Shown one piece after another: positions 1 through 15,775 of a DNA stretch of 64,000 nt. Each line of letters begins with the position of its first letter. The first letter of the stretch is position 1. The notes beneath the pieces were generated by a model, which made no database searches, was not told the DNA's origin, and saw only the letters and a list, made by a program, of their open reading frames with translations. The DNA is from Microbotryum violaceum. Lineage: Eukaryota. The stretch spans positions 992,001 through 1,056,000 of the forward strand of contig CDLV01000013.1 of assembly GCA_001244265.2 (NCBI GenBank), in the 5' to 3' direction. Position numbers and translations under genes: made by a program.

Positions 1-2430
<2,430 letters not shown>

Positions 2431-3396
2431 GGTAGTAGGATTTTAGGCGGGTGGGGGTTGGGTGTTGGTGGGAGCGGGAGCGGGAGACAAAGGGCGGGAG
2501 CGCGCAAGCGCGCATCCCCATCTCTACACCCCGTTGCTCTGGCAGAGTTCTGGCAGATTACCACTGCTGGCCGCCTGTGCACTGTGGCCGCTCCGGGCAG
2601 CACTCGGCCTCGGCCTCGAGCTCCAACCAGATCGAGCCACCAATCGAGCTTGGACCTCTTCTGCCAGTTAGACCCGAGCCTCAAAGGGTATGTACCGGCG
2701 CACCGCCCCAAGGCGCAATACTTGGTGAATAAGATCCCTGGGCCAGAACACTGACTTCACCGTACCCGTGCCTCCGTAGCAGGATGGCTCATTCGCGATG
2801 TAGCAACCGGAGCCGGGGCGGTCGACTCATTCCCGGCCTGAATCTTCACTTCCTTTTTTGCAACTGCTCAACGTTCAACTGCTGCGCGGGTCTGCCCACG
2901 CTCCCAAGGGCACACCGCAAGCTTTACGCTCCTCCTCATGACCGTAAAAAAATCCTTTGGCGAGACACCCATGAGCACACAGCTCATTCAAGATGACTTA
3001 CCGCATAAGCGATTATATTTCGGCCTCGATCGCGCGCTCGTGCCGTATACCCCAGTAGCAGGTAGTACCCGCCGGTCGGATTTTCATGAGCTGCAGCTGC
3101 TGTCTAGCCCGGCGTGTTCTGCTCTCCCCCTCTCGCCCTGTCATCGCGCATGGTGAGCTGTCGAGCTGGACGCTTGCAGTCGAGTCGAGTGAGTCGCCAA
3201 CACCCACCCACTGCCTCTCTAACGTTCCAGGCATACACCTTCTCTGTCGACTAAACACAGCTTCTGTCTCCCCTTGGCTTGCTTCATTCCCGTGTCGATT
3301 GAATTGCGACGCGGCGTCGCCTCCGACTGCCCTTGTCCGCGCTCGCGCTCATGTTTCCACGATTACGAGAATGCAGCTACACTTGCCCACCACACC

Positions 3397-6052
3397 ATGA
3401 GCTACGATCGTGCCTACGACCATCGACGCGGTGATGGACCGCCGCCTCCGGACCACTACTACGGCTACGGCTCTGCGCCGCCCTGGTCGCGAGGCTCGTC
3501 GGGTGGACCGCACGACCCCAGGATGGGTCCTCCACCAATGCACCTCGGCGGCGGTCCTGGGCCATATCGTCGATCCCCACCTCCACCTATGGGCCTGAGT
3601 ATAGGAATGGGAATGGGAATGGGAATGGGAATGGGAATGGGCGCGCGTGACGACCGTTACGATGGACCAGGGGAGTGGCCGGGCTATCCAGGAGGTGGGC
3701 CATCCGGGTATGACGGCAAGTCATCATCGTTAGGTTGACAAAAGCTGGCTCCAGCAGCTTTGAGCTCCACTTTTGTCTCTTTTTAACTCACATCCACATG
3801 CTCCTGTCGTGCTCTTTCTCTCTCAGATCGTCAAGGAGGCAGCAAGAGGCGAAGAGAGCCGTCACCCCCTGGCTATCGTGATCACCACGGTGCGTAAGCA
3901 AAGAGCACCAAAGCACAAACGAGCGTATGCCTCCGGGCTTTACTAAGCCGCAGTTGCTATCACCCTTCTATGGTAGGCTACGGCCACCCTCGCGATTGTC
4001 CTCCCCCACCGTTCGACCCGCGTGGACCCCTGCCCCCAGGTGCTACGAGCCGAGCCGAACCCCCGATCCGCTCCACTCTCGAGGCCCCAGAGACCCTCCC
4101 GTACCAGGTTACTCAAAGGTATTTCACCGACTGGCTCCTGCAGATCAAGCCCTCCTTGTCCAAGAATCAGCCGGCGATCGAGACCGAGTGGAGCAAGTAC
4201 CTCACCTCGTGGAGGAGGAAAGCTTTGACGTCGACGTTCCAAGAGCACGAGAACGCGGCCTGGTTTAGGGAAAAGTACGATCCGCGGGAACCGTACGCCG
4301 AGATGAGGGAGCGACTCAAGCAAAAAGGGAGGGAGGGCAGGGTCGAAAGCTTCTTGGCCGAACTTGCGAGCGACCACTTGGAGGGGATTGTCATGGACTA
4401 TGGCGAGTGAAAGACTCGCACTCTCCCGTTCCACAATGCAGTTTTACTGACACGAACTGCTACCTCGACGTTCAACAGGCTCGTTCAATGTCGACGGCAC
4501 GAACGCCGAGGAGCAGAACTCCTCGTTCACAGCCGACGACGGCGAATCGCGTAAGATCCACGCAGACCAAACGCTCGTCGCCGGTTCTCCGACTGCGCTC
4601 GTCCTCAAGACCATCAAGTCGAACATTTCCCGCATCCAGCTCGAGGAACGCCTCGCCTCGCTCGAAGGTTTCCTCTACCTCGCGCTAACGGACCCTATCC
4701 CAGACAAAAAGTTCCACCGCGTCGGCTTCGTTAATTTTGCCACGACCGAGCAGACCGAAGCAGGACTGGCGGCTCTGAAGGACTGGTCCATCGACGGCTT
4801 TCACTTGCCGATCGCTCGCGCGGACAAGCCTCTCTTGATGCGTTACCGAGCGACGCCGGCGCTGATGAACGAGCCGTCGCGCATCGCCAAAGATCTTGAG
4901 CAGATCCAGAGACTCGCGCTGGCGCTGGAACGGGATGCGGGCGACTCCCGAGGTAGTGTTGCGATCGAGCAAAGGCTCAAGAAATGGAACGAAGAGGGCG
5001 GCATCGCGATGGAAGCGGACTCGACCAAGAAAGCCCTTGATCTGTACCTCCATTACCTCAGGACAGCGTTCCACACGTGCTATTACTGCTTGGCCGTCTT
5101 CAATTTTGGCGAGGAACTGTTGCGTCGATGCCCGAAGCACGTCAGGCTCGTTAGCGAGGGCAAGAAGCCAATAAGTGGGTCGCAGTGCCTCATGAGCGGG
5201 GCACAGGCGCAGACGCTGATGTTATCTCTTTTCATGCTTCCGATTCTTGTAGCGGCCGAGCTCACTTGGGTCCGCTCGTTCGATGATCGGCTCACGTTGC
5301 TCACGGACCGCGATACGGTCAATCTTGCCGAACTGGGTGGTGACGATCCCGAGGAGGCGATGCACACGCTCTGCGCGACTTTGCACAAGACCGAAGGCGA
5401 GGGCAAGTACCGATGCCAGCAGTGCAACAAGCTCTTCTCGGCGCTCAAGTTTGTCGAGAAGCACATCACGACCAAACATCCCGATGCCATTAGGGACAAG
5501 TTTGACAAGGTGGGCGTGAGGCTCGGCGCAGCTTCAGTAGCGTGGGCGTCTTCGAAAATGCTCACCCTCTCCTTGGCGCTGCTGTGCAGATCAACTTCTT
5601 CAACAACTACGTACTTGATCCCCTGCACTTCCCTCAACCGGAGAAGCTGGACAACTTCACCCTGACGGCGTTGAAAGAGTTTGATCACATCACCCCAAAA
5701 CAGTCGATGAACAAATCCAACCACAACAAAACGAACGGAACAATCGCAGGTGGTGGTACGGCACCTTCTTTGTTGACGGAACGCCTTGGACCAATGGCCA
5801 CCAATCCGAGTGAGCCCAAGAGGCGTCGACAGGACAGTTTGCTGATGGGCCAGAGGTTGCAACCGCCCCCGCCTCCTGTCGGGGTGAGAATGGATCCGAG
5901 GGCCGAGAGAGGGCAGAGGAGTTATGCCGATCTGGTAAGCTTCGAGTGGGGTCCGTTTTTGGGGTTCTCAGCGTTCGTATTGACTTTGATGATTCCCCCT
6001 CTAGGATGGTCCGGCAGGAGGAACAGCCGATGAAGTGGTTCTGCAGTACTAA
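3397..6052 (+). CDS. ARS2: ARS2/SERRATE RNA effector (cap-binding complex partner)
   Basis: Pro/Gly/Arg-rich N-terminus, then FQEHENAAWFREKYDP, RRM-like LKTIKSNISRIQLEE...KFHRVGFVNF, LDLYLHYLRTAFHTCYYC, C2H2 finger KYRCQQCNKLFSALKFVEKHITTKHP, FFNNYVLDP and DPR...RSYADLD; TAA at 6050-6052. Two introns need GC donors. Confidence 0.92.
3604..3639 (+). repeat. (GGAATG)6 coding microsatellite (Gly-Met repeat in ARS2)
   Basis: Tandem hexamer visible directly in ARS2 exon 1. Confidence 0.95.
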
Positions 6053-6290
6053 CGCTTTGATCAAGTGTAGACCCGATCAAACGAGGGCTTGAAATACAAC
6101 CGCCTGTAGTACATGAGTGCTAGGGTCTGGGAGACTATCGGTGTGAAACTCTGATACGTGAAAAAGATATTACATTAGCAAGAAAATGACTGCGTGATTG
6201 TCCAGGGCTTTTGTTAACAACATTCTATTCTTGCACCACTGCGAAATCCGCTTCAGCATCTTCTCCTCAAGCGTGGTCCCGCTCCGGCCA

Positions 6291-7193
6291 TCATGGCTCC
6301 ATCTTGACCCCCGTCTCGTGGTTCGAGCCTAGCTGAGCATCGTTTCCGTCCATGGCGTGGGTGCCGTTTTCTTGTTTGACCTGTGGCCCCTCCTCGCCTG
6401 CACTTCTACCCGCCGGGTGCGGACTCGCGCGGATGTGATTGACCAGCTCCGGAAAGGCATCGCCGAGCGAGCTGGTGAGGATGTCTCGATAGTCCTGCGG
6501 ACACCCTCAACAAGGTGACTCAGCGCGGTGTCTCTGAAAGGAACTGTGAATGGACTTACGGAAACGGCAGAGAGCATGCCGTTGGTGTACATGTTCTCGC
6601 CGGCGACGCGCTCGATGAACTCGCGCGTGTACATGTGTGGGTTCTTGCCTTGATCGACGAAGCTGTGGAGCATCACATTCCACGTTCCACGTTCCGCTTC
6701 AGTGTCGTTCCCATGTGCTCGACACCAGCTCAAAAGCGTACGAAGCTTATTAGTCAAGACTGACTTTACGACCTCGAGTGGGATCATGACGTCCTGGACG
6801 GTGCCGCTGTAGGAATACAGCTTGGTGAGCTGTTCCATCGTTTGAGAGCTGAACGGGGACCATTCAATGTGTTAGTTACGGTCGTAGTCATACATCCATG
6901 AGTTGAGACACCGTGATGTGCGCGAGGAGACTCACACCTTGCGACCCATTAACCCACCAGGGTATCCGCTGGCCACCCCACCCGGGGTCGACGACAGAGC
7001 CGATTCCTGTACATCACTCGCACCTGTGCCCGTCGTCATCAGCAGATCAGCTATCATGGCAGCACCAGATCATCCCGGCTTCGAGGCAGGAGCACGGAGA
7101 ACACATACAGATGCCCATCTCCAACAGACTCTGCAGCAGCTGTTCCAACGTCTGTTCGATTGCATACGTGGGGCGCGTCCCTTCTCCGGCCAT
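6291..7193 (-). CDS. MED10: Mediator subunit 10
   Basis: IEQTLEQLLQSLLEMGIC...VMIPLEVVKFVDQGKNPHMYTREFIERVAGENMYTNG...DYRDILTSSLGDAFPEL; multi-exon; TGA at 6293-6291. An alternative in-frame upstream ATG lies at 7262. Confidence 0.9.
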
Positions 7194-7439
7194 CGTGTGG
7201 CCACGCGCAGAGTGGTGATGCTCTGCATCGGGCGAGCTAACGCCGAGCGCGTCGACCGTCATCGCGTTGATGGGTGGTGGAGCCCCCTTCTGCCGACTTC
7301 TCTCGAAGACTGATAGGTGACGGATGTTGAAAGCTGTCGAAAGTGGCTGTCGCAGACAATCCCAGCTTAGTGCGCCGCGCCGCGCTAACCGGCGCTGACC
7401 GGTGCTGGCTAAGCTCGACCCCTTTTTATCTGTAATGCA

Positions 7440-8430
7440 TGAGGGGCAAGAAGGCCGTCGTTGTGTCCAAGAAAACGTGGGAAGATGGCACATCATACGA
7501 GCAATTGAAATATCCCCTTTGCGAAGTCGAGTACATCTTCATCGTAAGCTTCAAAACCTTGTGACCTTGCAGTACTTTCAAACTGCTTCAAGTTGGCTGA
7601 ACAAGGTCTATTGTACGGCATTGTTGACTTCGCAAATCCCCAGAAATGCATGCGCAACGTTCGTTGGAGTGAATTGATTTTCACTTCCTCATTCCGAGAG
7701 CGGATCAAGTTGCTGGTTTACGACGAGGCGATCTTGATCGCCGAGTGGGGACTCACTGCACGGGACGAAAAGACCGAGTCAGCGCTATGGCGCATACCAC
7801 CGAGGGATCCAACCCATTTCGCGCCGAGTATGCTCAAATTGTACAACAACGTCTCCGAATTGGTTAGCAAACTTTCTTCTTTACTGCGGGTGCGCCACCC
7901 GACAAAATCGACCAAATTCTAGCGGTTGCCAACATCTCTAAATCGCGAAGTTTTTTTGCCAAAGCCGACGGACCTGTTTCATTTACGCAACATCGTCGTC
8001 GAAATGACACCTCATACCAAAACTGCAATGACAAATGTTCTCACAACCGCCGTCATGTCACTGCTTCTGATCTTGTACACCTCCGCACCAGCGACCACAA
8101 TTCTCGAATTTCGGCAACGTGTTAAGCCTCGCGTCCACCACTAGCGACAGCCGATGCTCCCGCCGCACCGATCAAGCGCAGTATGTGTATTCCGGTCAGC
8201 TCTTACGCAACAGTCCAGTGTCAGCACTCGATGATGTGGTTGTCAAATGCAGTCTTGGGCAGCTCGTGTGCAGCAGCATCAACTTCAGCATGGATCCCCT
8301 GTAGGAGCTTTTTCGCCGGGCGCACCACTTGGAAGGATACTCCAGGAGGAATCCGCTTGCGAAAGAGCTATCCCTACAAGCGCTCCTTTGATCGTGCAAT
8401 CCCAATTGTAATGCTTGTTCAAATGGGTAT
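7440..8430 (+). pseudogene. Decayed RecQ-family (SF2) helicase fragment, probably transposon-derived (AcademH-like)
   Basis: YIFI/SPE...FRERIKLLVYDEAILIAEWG (motif II-like; DEAH reads DEAI), frameshifted PFRAEYAQI..*QTFFFTAGAPP (FRPEY and TATA-like motifs), and a Cys-rich tail VCSSINFSMD...SCNPNCNAC. Contains stops and frameshifts. Confidence 0.65.
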
Positions 8431-8749
8431 GTTTTTAGAAGGCAACAAGCGGTGAGTCCCGTGACTCCGCTGCGTCGTCATTGCTTCTCCGACCACAGAG
8501 CATACGCATCAAACCTGTTGACGTGCTCCAAACCGAACAGAACGACTCGAAGTCCAGAAGAATCGCGGGAACGTTTCAGCGTCGGACTGACTCTAAAGAA
8601 ACGCTGCCCAGACGTCCACCACTGCATCCCGAACCCGCACAATAAGATCCCGGTAATGTGACATCGCATTTTGCGCCAGCATCCGATCAGTTCAAAACCG
8701 AGAACCGTTCTGAATGGAATGATTACTTCACCGACGCTCGTTCCCGACT

Positions 8750-10383
8750 CTTCTGCTGCCTGGTGTGTTCAGAGAGAGTCTTCGGGCATAACGTACGATG
8801 GGTGCATGAAGACGACATCAAGCGTGTGGAATAAGCATTTGGAGGGGATTAACCAACTCTACACTACGGACGGACCTCCGATTTTAAAAAATTCAGCTTG
8901 ATGGGGCGCACTCATCCATCCCCGACGTCTCCATCGACCGAGTGATTTAATCGATCAGATCGCGTACTCGCCCACGAACAACACGCTTCAGTGCTCACTC
9001 TGTCCAGACTGCTTCAAACGGCTGTTCCCTACCACAAGGCCGCCGACTAACCCCCCTCGGTTTTTGAGCAACGTATTTTATCCCACACTGGATCACGTCT
9101 CCGCTGGTGTCCGAGATTGCTTCTCCACCGCGAGTCAGCTTGAGCACCTCGTCACTGCGCGCGCCAGAGCCTACAGGATCGTGTACAAGCTAACTCGTTT
9201 CGGATATCCCAAAGCTCAACAAGAAAGAATGCGCGGAAACCTCCTCATCTTCAGCCAGAACACCGCTTCGTTCACCGATGTACTGCCCATGTCAGTCGAG
9301 CAACTCGCTGACAGTGTGTGCATTCTGCGGAGGGCGCCCCAACCTTGCGGAGCTGGACAAGTGTCGACCCATGACCGTGAAGCAGAGTCGGATCCAAAAG
9401 GTGCTCAGGTGGTTGATCAACGAAAGCAAGAATTCGGCGCGCTCTGCCGTCTCCTTTGATGGCGATTGCACAGCTCGTTCGACGCAGTTCCGGCCCGGGT
9501 GCGCTCAACCCGACTCGACTTTAGCTTCCACGGCGGTTTCAGCTTCCACTTCGACTTCGAATTCAGTCTGGATTGCGCCCCAAGTATCGGATCGAAAAAT
9601 CGCGGATGGAGACTGTCTCGTGCCCGACGTAGTTTTGGCGAATGTGGTGACCGCAGAGACAATGGAACCAACATCATCGCTCTTTGAAGGCTACGCAACA
9701 ACGCACTGCATAACGACTCTGATGAACCAGTACTCGAACGCGTCCATCTGCCGCCATGCCCTACCAACGAACCAATTCACTCGTGGCTGCTCTTTGAGAA
9801 CTATCTCCGTCATCGCAACCAGGACAAGCCACCTATGTCATTCCGACAGGCGACGCCCCTTTGTGGGAACCTTCGGACGAGCTCGTGCTCTCAAAGCTGT
9901 GGCCACACCTCGATCCGTTTGGTCTCGTCGGTTTCTATGTCGAGCGCAACCTCAAGATTTCTCTGGACGAGCAAGTCAACCAATTGCTCAATCTATACGA
10001 TAGCGATTTCGATGCGACCCGTCTTTCCCATTCATCGTCTCGAACATGCTCCGCCGACGAGAAGTGTTTCGCCAACTCGCTTGTCGGGTCCCCAAAAAGA
10101 AGGTCGCTCGAATCGCAGCAGCACTGCTCGAAATTGACATGGATGTTTTCTCCGAAATGACCAAGGAATCCAAGGACACGAAAAGGTACAAGGCAACAAC
10201 AGAAGCAGAGAAGCATATCAACTGTATTCTGGCGGAATTGCAAAGTGTCGTAGCCAAAATTCACGGCACAACTGCGCAGATGCTCGACATGAGGAATGAG
10301 ATCCGCAGATACGTCAGCATGTTCGGTATGTACATGCTCTTCGTCACCGTCAACCTGGCAGATTTATACTCATCGTTGCGATG
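8750..10383 (+). mobile_element. Decayed fungal Helitron-like Rep region (DUF6570 plus Helitron_like_N), helicase part absent
   Basis: FCCLVCSERVF; LCPDCFKRL...PPRFLSN...EHLVTARAR...QERMRGNLLIFSQ...LPMSVEQLADSVCI (DUF6570-like); KLWPHLDPFGLVGF...ISLDEQVNQLLNLYDSDF; IHGTTAQMLDMRNEIRRYVSMFG..LFVTVNLAD (Helitron_like_N-like). Several frameshifts. Confidence 0.75.
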
Positions 10384-13220
10384 ACGAGGTACCTCACAGC
10401 CTTGGGCGCATCAAGGACGAGTTTCTCGACTAAGCAGATACCGTTTAGGCCAACGACAAAAAGTCATTTAGTTACGGGTTGCAACGCTCTTCCCACTATG
10501 AAAGATCTGTGGGGGGGTACTGACACTCCATGCCATTTGATTCGCATGTCTCTCAGCGGTGGACACATTCACCACGCCTACTGCCAGGCCGTCTCACGCC
10601 CAAGTCGCTCCCGGAAGTCCCGATCTCTCAAAGTCAACTGAAACCACTTCTTATAGCTGACTTCGGTGAGCGCGCGATGTGGGTTTCCGGCGCTGACGAC
10701 CACTTGCGAACACAAACTCGTCCAGACGCGGACTGTGACATGATGGGCGATGTCGAGTGATCTCAACTTATGCATTTACACCCCGGCTCTGGCTCGATCT
10801 CGTCGTCTGCAATGTTCATTGACGTTTGGCACATTTACACGCCTCATTCATGTGAATCGAATTGACTTCGGTGCTGCATACCCGATCCATGGCACCTTCT
10901 TAGTAATACTAGCTGACGTTGTCAGTCAGTGTTACTCTGTCAGAGGTTCAGGGACCCGTCGCCCCCTCCGGGGGCGCGTGAATTCGAAGGTATTTTTGTG
11001 GTCCGATTGGTAAGCAAATAAATAAAAGGGGTTCGCACAATAATCCAGTATCGAGGATGGTCACGTGAACACTCGCGCGGCGAGCCACTAGTCAGGCTAG
11101 TCAGGCACGCGCGCTAAAGGTTCGTGCTCAGGAACGGCTCGTAACATGTGATCTCGTGGCCGGGGAGTCGGATCGGACAACTTTAGTCTTCGCTTGACAG
11201 TACTACGATTTACTAAATCGGAACAAACTCGACGGGTTTGCACGCGCGGTTTGGTCATGAAGTGACCCGAAGTAATGGGCCAGTGGGGCTCCGGGCTAGG
11301 GGCCATATCCGCGCGTCGGCCGAGATGCCTCTCATCGTCGACGACGCACGTTCATTGCGACCTGGTAAAGGCATGACTGGCACCGCGTGGGCGACCGTGC
11401 TTGCGGTATCGGACCGAGCACAGAGGGCACTCGCTACTCGAACATCACTCGGGGCCAAGTCGGCTAGAGGTACGACTGGGAGGCACAAAGCTCTACTACT
11501 AGTAGGCTGCCTCCGGGGCCGCCTGCCTCAGTTACGATCGGCGAATAAACCCTGTGTCGCTCAGTGAAGATAGGTAGTTCTCATTAACGTTATAGGCTAT
11601 GGCTTCATATGCCCGGAGTAGCTTTATGATGGCGTTTGCTTCCACGTGAGTCCAACAGGGGCTTCGTGCGGCTCACGTCTTCAACCCCGTCGACTCGAAC
11701 TTATTAGTTGTGTGTAAACTCATTTGAGTCCAGCACACAGGCTAAGATGGGCGAAGTATTCAACTACGTTGCCTCCCGACTCTTGAAGCCCTGTTGATTA
11801 CTCTCAAGTTTTGCTCACATCCGCCCGACGGAATGGAGCAGAAAAGGTCAGAGCGCTTGGATGGGAAGTGAGCTGAAACGCGACTCAGCCTTCGGTTAAT
11901 CAGTGAGGATGGAAAGCTCGAGGAAGCTCCCTGCCAGACTATCTCGCGAGAATACCCATATTTGCAGGCTAAGCTGTGTGGAAGGGCCATGCGGTAGGCA
12001 CGCGCAGGTCCTGTGCAGACCTTGCTGTGACATCGGCTCCCTATACTAGAATGTTAGGCGCACGGTTCCTTGGAGATCTAAGACCATGACCTCGGTGGCT
12101 AAAAAAGAAGTGTGGAGGTAGCGCCGGCTCGGGCTCCGAGAGCCTAGGTACTTGATGCGGGTCTGATAATTTTCACTTGGCGACATAAGTAATAACGATG
12201 AAGATGAGACCTATTTATCCGAGAGGCGGCCAGTCGTCAAAAGTCTCGTCGGCACCGTTGGAGCTGCCGTCGTCGGGTGTTGGCGTCGCACTCGTGCGAC
12301 CAGCCGGAGCCGGGTATTTCAAAGGCTGTGGCATTGACGATGGCACTGATAACGCTCGTCTAGGTGATCGAAGAAAACACGAGGCAACTGAGTTCTAACT
12401 GAGTTTTGTTTGAGGGTCTGCATAACCACGGTCAACCTGAAGAAAGCGACGAAACGAAATTGAAGAAGGACGGAGTCGTGGATGAGCGCTCGGTGGTCAC
12501 GGTTACTACACGCGGTTACGCGTCATGTAACGGGGTTAGCGATCTAGGCCCGGGCCAGACTTGTGCACTTCTAGTCTTCCGATTCGAGGCGATTCCACCC
12601 CGACCGTCCCCGGTTTCGATTGACGGAAGCGGATCGAATCTTCACTGCACCGAATTATTCAGATCAGCAGCAGCAGTGGTCACCGGGTATTCGCCCTACT
12701 ACATGTGCTAGTTCTAACCATTCTCAAACCTATTCCATAATCATCAACACTCCTGAACCCGCTGTCACCATAGTAAGCCAGAGACTCTTCGGTCCCGGTC
12801 CCGGACCCACTGACGTCGTGTAGGACGACAGGCACGCGGTTGGTTAGGGCGTCCACTCTGGACCGAATGGACCCAAAACGAAAGAGAGCTCCTCAGGACT
12901 CGAAACAGTGAATATCCCTTTTCCCTCAATCAGGCTTCGTGATCAGTCGTGGTCTGTCACCTCCGACAAAATTCGAGTGTCGACAGTGTCCCATTCGGCG
13001 GCGTCGTGCATTATCGTATCATCCTCAGCGCGTACGAAGGAAAGTCCTGTCGGGTAAGCGCGAAGCTTCTTCCCCCCAAACCCTAACAAGAGACATTTCA
13101 GCGCCTGGGAATGCAAGGAGAGGAAAGGAAATAGTCGCGCTTGATCTTTGAGCCGAACCGAGGTCAATTTTTGCCTCACCAAGACCCTTACAAGTCGATA
13201 TGCGGAAGTTGAGTTCCTTG

Positions 13221-15483
13221 TCAAGTAGCCGCTGACTCGAATCGCTCAAAGTATCTCCTAGCAAACTCGGCATGACCAGGTTTTCTTGTCGACCCTTCCC
13301 CGTCTATCCCCTCACTGTGCGTTTGTCGCTCCTTGAACCAGTCGAACATATTCTCCCTCCAGATCCCCCTATCGATCCCCTCGATCACCTCCCGCCACTC
13401 CTTGCCACGACTCTTCTCCATCGTGATCAACCGTCGAGCCCACTTGCCAAAATTCTGCGAGCTGTTTGAAATCAACTTCAAGCCAGGGACCGAGGGCACG
13501 TCGACGTCTTGATACTCCTCGTTGTTGGTCGGTAGGAAGAAGACGAGGCGTCCTCCCGGCTTGAGCAGGTAGAGCGAGTAGGTCAGGAGCGTCTGAATGA
13601 CCTGAGTCATTTCCCAGGGCACGGACGGCGGGACATATTCAGGTAATCTGCAACGTGCCAGCACGGTCGCGTCAAATATTGATGCTTAAGAACACGACTG
13701 GAAGTCTTTGTAACGCACTGGTGATGGAACCCTTCAGATTCGCGACCTGGCACCAGTGTGGGCAGGACTTCGCGGTGATTTGGTTTTCGGCCCAAACGCT
13801 TGGCCCCGGCTCGCACGCCATAAGGTGCTAGGTGAAGTTTGGGTCAGGGCGTATGGTGACATCAGCAAAACATCATACTGTACGGTATTCCGAGTTTCTA
13901 GGACTCACGATCTGTCATGATGGCGTCGAAGAGCTCCCCAGTCCGTAGGGGGTGTTGCTGCGCAAAGGAAGGGGCCGAGCACAGACTGCATCAGTCTCAT
14001 TACCGACACAATCGATTGAGATTTGAGCACAGACGGTCAGATCAAAGGAGCAACAGTCGACGATACGATTACGGAATCCGTATTGTTCTGCGTTTGTGTA
14101 GACGTTCTTCGAATCTGTCACGGACGGCGAAGGAAGACGATGGCGCAGGGTGAGACCCATGATCGAAATACGAGACTGCAGGAACACGAACGCTTACTCT
14201 TCCCTCTCATTTGCCGTCCGTCGATGTCCGAACCAAACGTCAGAGCGCCGAAAGCAGATGCGGTGAGGAGCATTGAGCCAGTCCCAGCTGTGTAGCGAGT
14301 GCGCCGATGCTCAGTGCTCGAGAACTTACGCGGGGGCTACATTTTGGCCAGCGCCTACCGAAAGGATCATGTATGAATTTGCCAGGTGATGCGAGCGCTT
14401 GATTAGCCATCAACAAGCTGACCTGGTGCAGGTAAGTCAAGTAGAGGGGCCGTGAGTTCGACAGCCCGGCGCAAGGAGGAGGTACTTGAGGTGCATCTGC
14501 CGACTCACCTCACTCTCCATGGTCGTAGTGCCGATGTAGCTCCGCTTCTTGACGTCAAACACATCCATCATATGTCGCTGCGTGTCACAGATCTATCGAA
14601 CCTTCGAGAACATGAGTGATCTTTTCGACCAAATTTCGTAGATTGTACATTTCGTGCTTGCCTTGCGCCCAATCCACACGGTCCGCATGTCCCGCACGGT
14701 CCCACCTGTCGGAATAGACTCGGCTTCTTTCACGCTGGCGTACTCCTCAAAGACCCCGATCTCGACATCAGGGTCTTTGAGTCGGATGTCGCCGACAAAG
14801 CACATGAAGCTGAATGTGCTGATCACTTGACGTTGCGCCGACTGAGAGATGCTGCGACCGTGGCCGGTGACGGAGAACTTCCACGTCGTTGTTGGAGAGG
14901 CGGCATGGTGTCGCTAAGAAGAGGTAGATCCAAAGGATGATGGACGACGGGGATAGTTAAGAATGGGTATGCAAGCAACAGGAGTGGATGGCCGAAAAGT
15001 GAGCGTCAAAGTTTGCCGAACTGGGACTGAGCTGCACGAGGCTGGTCAAGTTGTGGTGCCTTTCAGGCGCGCAGGAAGCTCACCCATAATGCATCCTCCG
15101 TCTTGAGACGATCAGAAAGCTGTTCATAGGTCGGTGCATCGGCCCAGTGCTGCCATATGGATTTTACGCCAATTGATCGGCTGCCGAGCAGCCGAGCTTG
15201 GTCCTCATTGTCGAGGTGTATAACGACGAATGGGCTCTGTTCGTGTGAACGAGCACATGCCGATGAGTATCTGAAAACAATCTCGTGACTTAGGGATGAC
15301 TTGTGCACCCTATGAGTCATACACCATCTGAGTTATGCCACGTACCTCCAGAGCAGCGGACGACGACGACGGGCGATCGGGCTCGAAGCGAAGGGGGAGC
15401 TTGAACAGCGTCGCAATCGACTCTATTTCGGGTATCCGGAACTCGTCGAGGTCGCCTCGACTACAGACGAGCAGAAAGCGCAT
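13221..15483 (-). CDS. TRM11: tRNA (guanine(10)-N2)-methyltransferase
   Basis: MRFLLV...DEFRIPEIESIA; KKRSYIGTTTMESEVSLLMANQA...DPFAGTGSML...GSDIDGR; FDAIMTDPPYGVRAGAKRLG; YVPP...LLKPGGRLVFFLP. Multi-exon. Confidence 0.95.
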
Positions 15484-15775
15484 CTTCTGCTGTGAGTTGA
15501 TCGGGGGTGCCGCAGCAATGAGCCGTACCGAACGGTAACAAGCAGTGGAGGAGCGATTGGAGTGTTCAGTCATGCCGATCGACTTCGCACGCTGCTGCGC
15601 TTGGACCTCGTGCGTGCGAGCTCGATGCGCCGCGGGCGGCTGCAATTTCCCCGGGCAAAAGTTGAGGAATCCAGAACGATCCCAAGACCCAAATCAAATC
15701 CAGATCTAACAATAGATAACTACAACAGCACACGACCTCCGATTGCACACGCGCATTATCCCGAAAATCGCGTCA

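Noticed and set aside
10960-10976. Hairpin CGCCCCC-TCC-GGGGGCG as a Helitron 3' end
   Set aside because: No CTRR terminus at the expected short distance, and it lies in the random-looking block.
12842-12849. CCCTAACC on the minus strand (and AACCCTAAC at 13079-13087 on +) as a telomerase RNA template
   Set aside because: Matches of 8-9 nt are expected by chance in this much sequence, and no pseudoknot or other TER element was recognisable.
10900-12930. Anomalous block as a reversed or complement-only copy of host DNA
   Set aside because: TA and AT counts are about equal rather than swapped, and the complement reading shows no gene structure.
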